A stretch of DNA of 64,000 nt from Eledone cirrhosa (taxonomy: Eukaryota). Each line of letters begins with the position of its first letter. Position 1 is the first letter of the stretch. Shown here piece after piece: positions 56,865 to 64,000 of this stretch. The stretch covers positions 346,332,001 to 346,396,000 of the forward strand of contig OZ024740.1 in the NCBI GenBank assembly GCA_964016885.1, in the 5' to 3' direction. The notes beneath the pieces were generated by a model. That model searched no databases, was not told where the DNA came from, and saw only the letters and a list, made by a program, of their open reading frames with translations. The translations under genes and the position numbers were made by a program.

Positions 56865-56980
<116 letters not shown>

Positions 56981-58289
56981 CTGAGACGATGTGATAGGAT
57001 AGGACTGAAAAATCTTATATATATATATTCAATGAAAACTAAACGGAAAGTAAAAGGAAAAGAAAACCAACACTACACAACAATGAATATATATATTAGT
57101 TTAATGCTTGATATATTAGGGAAAGTATTTCAACGTTTCGGACATTATTTCTTCCTCAGAAGATAGATTGAGAGATCAAAGAATAGAACGATAGCTTAGG
57201 ATTTAAAAAAAATATTGCACCTGTGTCTTATTTTGAATGATTCTTAACAAGGAAATTATAAATTTAAATAGATTTCGTTTATTTTCACATCAAGTTAGAG
57301 AAGAAATCTAAAGAACACCCTGCAATGTATAAAGAAACATCGATTATATATAATATACATAAATACATACATATATACACATGTATGCGCATATTTGTAT
57401 ATATACATATATATAGGTCTACATCTACAGGCATACATAATCATATACACAAATACATAAATACATGCGCGCATGTGCGTATGTATTTATGCATGTATAT
57501 ATATATTTTATATGATCTTATTTTCTTTACACTTGGATTTTTTCCTTAGTATTTTCATTCACCCTCTCCTGTGGTTCTCTTGTGGAGAGACATTTGAAGT
57601 AAAACTAATGAAAATGGAAATTATTAGCAACAAGAGAGATGAAGAAGAAATGGAAAACAGAATGATTAAAGACTGAGAGAAACATAGTGTGATCGAGAAG
57701 TTAAGGGAGAACAAGCGAGAGTATGGGGAGCGAGAACAAATTTATAAGAACTAATACACAATGTGATGTTAAAAGAGGTGAGAAGAAAAAGATTACTGAA
57801 TCTAAGGAGAAAGTTTAAAATAGTGAATATTTGAATGTGTTAATATTTAAGAGATTAACTGAACTCTGAGTGCAGTTCATAATAAGAAAATTACATTTGA
57901 AGAACTAAATAGAAAGAGTGAGTCAGAATATGTATAGGAAATATGAAAAAGTATGAGAAAGAATTATAACAGAAGAAAAGACAAGCAAGATATAGTGATG
58001 GTAAGGAAAACTGCAGTTTAAAAGAAATTTTAAACAGTTTGAACGTGTGTGTGAGAAAATACAAAAAAAAAAACGCAGCGAGAAAGGAGACTGAGGCAAA
58101 TGATTGTGAGGGTGGGAGAGGGAAAAACGAAAATGATCGACGGGGGTTTAAAATTAGTATAACGAAATTGTAGTAATACAATAAGAGAACGGAAGAGCAA
58201 TGAGCCAAAAATGAAAAACTATATAATGACAAAATATAATGGAAAATGGAAAGAAAAACAGAGGGAGGGAGGGGGAGGGAGAGAGAGAA

Positions 58290-58354
<65 letters not shown>

Positions 58355-58836
58355 GGGGAGCCAGAAAAGAGAAAACTGAAAGAAATTGTTAACTGCTTAA
58401 GGATTAAAAGAAAAACGTTACTGAAAGTGAAAGATAGATACTGGATGAGATAATTTCTAGTAACTTTGAAAGGAGTTTTATGTATTTCTGTAAATAAATA
58501 CAAAATAAAGTGGTGGGAGTCAGAGAGTAAGTGCTTTGGGCCTAGAGACAAAGGGATTAGAATCAATCTAGTAACCGAGTGTGAATGATATTGGTCGTTG
58601 GTGAATAAATGTAATAAATATGAAGAAAAGATAATGAACGAATGATGCAGTGAAAGAAAAAAATGAGGAAGGGTGAAATAAAGCATAGATTTATTGAGTT
58701 GAATGAAGAATTGGAAAAAAAAGAGGAGAATAATGTGGAGAAAAAATAGATGGACAGAGAGAGAAAAATTCTCTGTGTATGTATAAAAGAGAGTGAATGA
58801 GGCATGTAGATTGATATATATATACATATATCGCTA

Positions 58837-58879
<43 letters not shown>

Positions 58880-58914
58880 CGAGAGAGAGAGATAGATAGA
58901 GAGAGAGAGAGGGA

Positions 58915-58994
<80 letters not shown>

Positions 58995-59799
58995 ATATTT
59001 GAAGGAATGAATCAAAAATAAGAAATATAAAGTGAGAAAATATTTTTGAGACAGATAATGAAAGAGAGAAGCGGGGGGAGTATTAGCAGAGAGAGACGAA
59101 AGGAAATTGGACTGACAAAGTCGAGGAGACAGGGGAAAAAATGTCCTGTAAGAGAAGGAAATTAGAAGCGTGAACAGAAATGGAAATGAAAAACGAATAG
59201 ATTTAGAATAGAAATTAAAAACCGAGGGGAAAAATATGATTTGAATATTGAAATGATGATTAAATAAGAAAACAAAATATTTAACTGCATGTTTCATATA
59301 GTTTTGTTTTTATTACATTTCTTTAAACTTTGGCTCTCCAATGGCTATTATATAGGATCTATCTCGGATTAACGGGGTTTTAGTTCATCATATCAAAAGC
59401 CAAACAACTATTTAGGCTGCATGTCGAAAGAAAGAAAAAATTCTATACATTTAATCCATTAAAATTCCAGATATTATTGTAAAATTGTGTGGGGAAACGC
59501 AATTTTTAAAAGGAAATAAAAGCGATTTACATCATAGTCAGACATCCATAAACGTCTGAGGTACAGTGTAGTTGATTAAATAGTCTCCAGTACATTAGTC
59601 CTACATACATTATCAACCACAGACAGATGAAACACGAAGCAGGACGTGTACTGAGGAAATAAATGGACGTAACTAAAGAGCTCTAAGTATTTCGCTTGAA
59701 TTTTACATTTTCTGTTAATATTCGCCATTAACTCAACTCGAATTCAGAAGAACTATAGCCTATTAAATCTATCTGAATGACGTCATGTCATGTCCTAAG

Positions 59800-60290
59800 A
59801 CTCGTCTGATTGTACTGGAGCAATTGCTCTTTTGCATTTTCTGAAGCGGACGCCCTCCGGTGGTCAGCCGTTTCCTCTGCTGCAAACTCCTGTTACGTGG
59901 AGGTCTGGATATGACTCAGATGCAAACATATGCTGAGACTACGACATCTCCACTTCTTCCTTGACGATGAACAGTTGTGGCCCTCGTTTGCTAGAAGCGT
60001 TTTTCCACAGCTAGTTTCCTTGATGGAGCTGCATGCCTGGGTCAAGCGAAGACAGAAAGGGGCACTTGGAGCCTGGAATGTCTTCAGGTGCTTACAGCCC
60101 TCAGCCAATCGGTCATTACGATCGCTGGAAACTCCACTCTGACGTTATATAAAGGGTTAGAGCGACGACGTCCTTTGGGAAACTCTGGGCGTCGATGAAA
60201 TTCAGCTAGCCAATCTCTTCCGGAGAAGTTTAAGGCCGGGGCCCATGGACAATTTCCATAAATCCTTCGCCTGGCTCCCCAGCTGGTTTA
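59800..60290 (+). mobile_element. L1/Tx1-like LINE ORF2 fragment (post-RT region)
   Basis: LEQLLFCIF*SGRPPVVSRFLCC..RGGLDM..MLRLRHL..MDNFHKSFAW in a GC-rich island. Confidence 0.6.
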
Positions 60291-61983
60291 ATCTGCCCTT
60301 AAAATGTGCCAAGCCATACTTTATTTTAACGTTCTAACCGCATGTCTCTAGGGGCTCTACATCCGGCGAATCCCTTTTCTCCGAGCTATATATATATATG
60401 CATACATCTATTCCCCAAAACACTCGTACACATATATGCGCATATTTGTATGTGCATGTACATATATATTAATATGTATCACATATATCTACATAAAAAT
60501 AAATAGATATAAATATACTTATCCGTACACGTTTATATTAAATATAGAAAATGAACGGTGTAATTAGAAATCAAAAAAAGTGAAGGCGGAAAATGAAATT
60601 GAAATAGAACTTCTATGTGTACTTGGTAGGGATTGGATTTCGGAGTAGCTCGGATGTTAGGTAGTCTATTACAAGTGAAAAATGCACCACAATCGATTGA
60701 AAAATATACGTTAATCGAGTGATATTGGATTTATTACATATCAACATTAGACTTCCTAAAAAAGCAAACTCAAGTAACTCGTGTCACTTGTAATTTCATG
60801 GTTATTATATAAGTTATTAGGCAACTTCATGAGATTTAATCTGCGCCCAATTGAAGTTTGTCTTAGCTAAAATATTTCTGTTCATTATTAGCTTATCACC
60901 TACGAATTATCACTTTCAAAATACTTTACAAACACCACCCGTACTTTCAATTTGAAATAAGTACCTCTTTCCTCTAACCAAACACTACCGTCTTCAAATG
61001 GGATAGATTGAACGAAATCGTATTGCTGAAAGAAAAACAGTCATGCGGAACAGTACATTAAAGACTTTTAGTCGATAATGTCGACCACTGTACTCATATT
61101 TTTATGTCTGGTATTCATTTATCGACCTCTTTTTATCGTATAATTACATAGTTTGAATGGACATTGGAGATAATACGAAACACGCATGTCCTCATACTAA
61201 CCTAAGTTAACAATGGAATTTAAAATGACAATGAGAAAATTATTTTAATTAGAATATTATGTATCAAATCCACTCTTATTATAATATCAATCTTCTTCGC
61301 ATATATTTTCACCTATCCTTTTCCTCTCACTCTTTCACACACATTATATTTATACATGTATTGCAGAAGAATTCCAATATTCACACTACAAAAACGGGCA
61401 TACACATTCACAAACAACCATATACTCACAGTTAACACACATACACACACACACATACACACACATACATATATACACACACATATATATATATACACAA
61501 ACATATGCATACATATATATATATATATATATACATATATACGCCATGATGTATTCCCATCATACGAACACCTACCCATACGCCCACTCCACTCACATCT
61601 ACGTAGATGTTATTAATATACACGTACTGTAGCAATGTTTTTGAATGGCCTAAGAAGAGATAGCATCGGATAGCATCTGAATAATTGAATTAACTCTGTT
61701 TTTATCATTCATTTCGTTTCGCCCTTAACCCACCAATCCATATGGAAATTATTTTGATTCTGTTATGGAACGCTGGGTTTCTTTTATATTGGAACATACC
61801 TTCAGTTGGCACTGTCTATTCCTATTATCTGCAACGAAATTCATTCCAGGTACGATAGGAAAATGAAAATGTGTTTGTTTTCTTTGTCGTTTTTCTTAGA
61901 AATTTCGCTAAATATATCATACGTTCACCTCTTTATAGGACAACCATGGCATTCGTTTTATTTCTTATTTTTTACTTTCACCA

Positions 61984-62099
61984 TCTTCTTCTTCTTCTTC
62001 TTCTTCTTCTTCTTCTTCTTCTTCTTCTTCTTCTTCTTCTTCTTCTTCTTCTTCTTCTTCTTCTTCTTCTTCTTCTTCTTCTTCTTCTTCTTCTTCTTC
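61984..62099. repeat. (CTT)n microsatellite; long (TA)n, (CA)n and (GA)n tracts occur throughout the window
   Basis: Direct reading. Confidence 0.95.
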
Positions 62100-63859
62100 A
62101 AACCATTGTTTTTATTATTATTATTATTATTTGATCATTTTCATTTTGTTTTCTTCATTTATTTAACAAGTAATAATTTCAATTGGCTTTCTTTCAGTAC
62201 ATTGTTGTTGTCTTTGTGGTTTCTTTTTCTCTCCACTGCTGCCTATCTTTCTGCCAAGTCTGCCTGATATCTTGTATGTCTGTCTGTCAGTCTAACTTCC
62301 TTGCATTTACATTACTTTGCATCATCTTACAGTGCATTGCCCTGTCACAACTTTGCAATTATAACGAGTATAATCAAAATAGTATTATATTCAATTTCCT
62401 ATTGTTTATACAATGTTGATTGAAAAATGTATTGACATCGTCATCATCAGTGACAGCTTGTTTTAGCAGATTTCTAGTCAGCGGTTTGATCTGGACTAAG
62501 CTATTTTTATTCAAACTATTAACAAATTCTTTATTCAGTCGATAGATAAAAATGGAAAAAAGGAAGAAACAAAAGAAAAAGAAAATAATTATGAACGAAA
62601 AAGATAAAGAGAGCTACGGTTGAAAGAGAGGGTGAAAGGGCGTGCGTGTGCGTGAGTGAGAGTGCGGTATGTTTGGGTGGGGGAAGAGAGAAATGCTGGA
62701 TGAGAAGGGAGAAATCGACAGCTGAAGAAATTGTTAACGCAAAATATATAAATAACGAGAGCAAGTTGGAGAGAGGGAATGGTATATGACAGTAGGGGAG
62801 CCACTTCCACTTCATCCTAAATATTTTCAAAGTAGGAATATTGATGGGAAGTGCTATTCAATAATGAACATATGAGTTGAGAACATGTTGATGCTTAGTC
62901 TGTAGTAAAAACACTATACACATTAACACCACGCATTTTTCAAACAGGTAGATAATACTCTATAAATTATGTACACAGAGACATGTGAATTATACAGTGA
63001 TACCTCTACGCAGAGGAAGAATAATTCGGCACACAAGTATTTCATATGTAGCGTACGCAAAGTAATCCGAGTATCAGAGAGTGAAATCGAAAAGTTAACT
63101 TTTCATTTACTAACTAGAATAGTATCGCTTGAGAACTAGCCGCGATGATATCCACTTAGCTACAACAGCGTAACAAATATGAATAACATTTGTGATTTCA
63201 TTTATCATCATTTTTCATGTTTCTCCGTAAACTGTGTTGATATATTTAATCTTGTAAAATGCTCAAAGAAATCTCAATAATTTGAAATGCGTAAATTGCT
63301 GCATAAATCGCTAATATATTTATAAAATACATTATAGACATTTTAGGTTTTAACATATACATGTATATATGAACGAGAATATATGTGAAATTATGTCTTT
63401 TTCATCGTGTATAAGAACCACTAATACGTGCGCTTTATGCCATTGAATTTTTTATGCATTGAATTGTTTACATTTGTAGGTATGTGTATATAAATTCATA
63501 AACATCCACAGAATTATTTCTCTTTTCAGCAACTTGTTTGATGCTTTCTACAATCGAATAATTCAAATTTAAAATGGGCACATGATATCAAGTATTGCGC
63601 GTGTCTGTGCCTGGATACGCCAAAATATCTGGTGTGTTATTTAATCAAATCGCGTGTTTATTGGCTAAACAAGAAACTAAACAAAATATGCAAATAACTA
63701 CAATGATAAATTCATGAGAATATACATTGAAAACCTTACGACAAGCACGAATATTTGACATTTATTATTCAATTTTTCTTATTTATGTATATATATTTAT
63801 ATATACAAATATACCAAAAATACATATACACCCACACCCACACCCACACCCACACCCAC

Positions 63860-63890
<31 letters not shown>

Positions 63891-64000
63891 CATATATGTA
63901 GATATTTATAAATATATATGTATATATATTTATATATATACATATATATATTTGTATATAGGCACAGACACATACACACATCTGTATATATATATATATA

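Overview
AT-rich eukaryotic, microsatellite-dense DNA whose SINE content resembles an octopod cephalopod genome (inference). No intact host protein-coding gene is supportable; most ORF-track entries are (TA)n/(CA)n artefacts. Recognisable TE relics: mariner, Tc1/maT-like, Chapaev3, Helitron, RTE, L1/Tx1-like, Penelope-like (PLE) GIY-YIG and several tRNA-SINEs. The main signal is about nine sequence-unrelated families of short non-coding elements in or beside (TA)n tracts. They are arranged as tandem and/or fold-back copies, and each carries a type I hammerhead ribozyme (HHR) fold; 20+ motifs were read by eye. Several have non-canonical cores that recur between copies (U3-A8, A4, C13). Two young arrays (468-bp and ~482-bp units, 47.4-52.2 kb) carry one HHR per unit. 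A truncated PLE with the same fold-back/HHR/TA architecture is the candidate mobiliser. All alignments and folds are manual.
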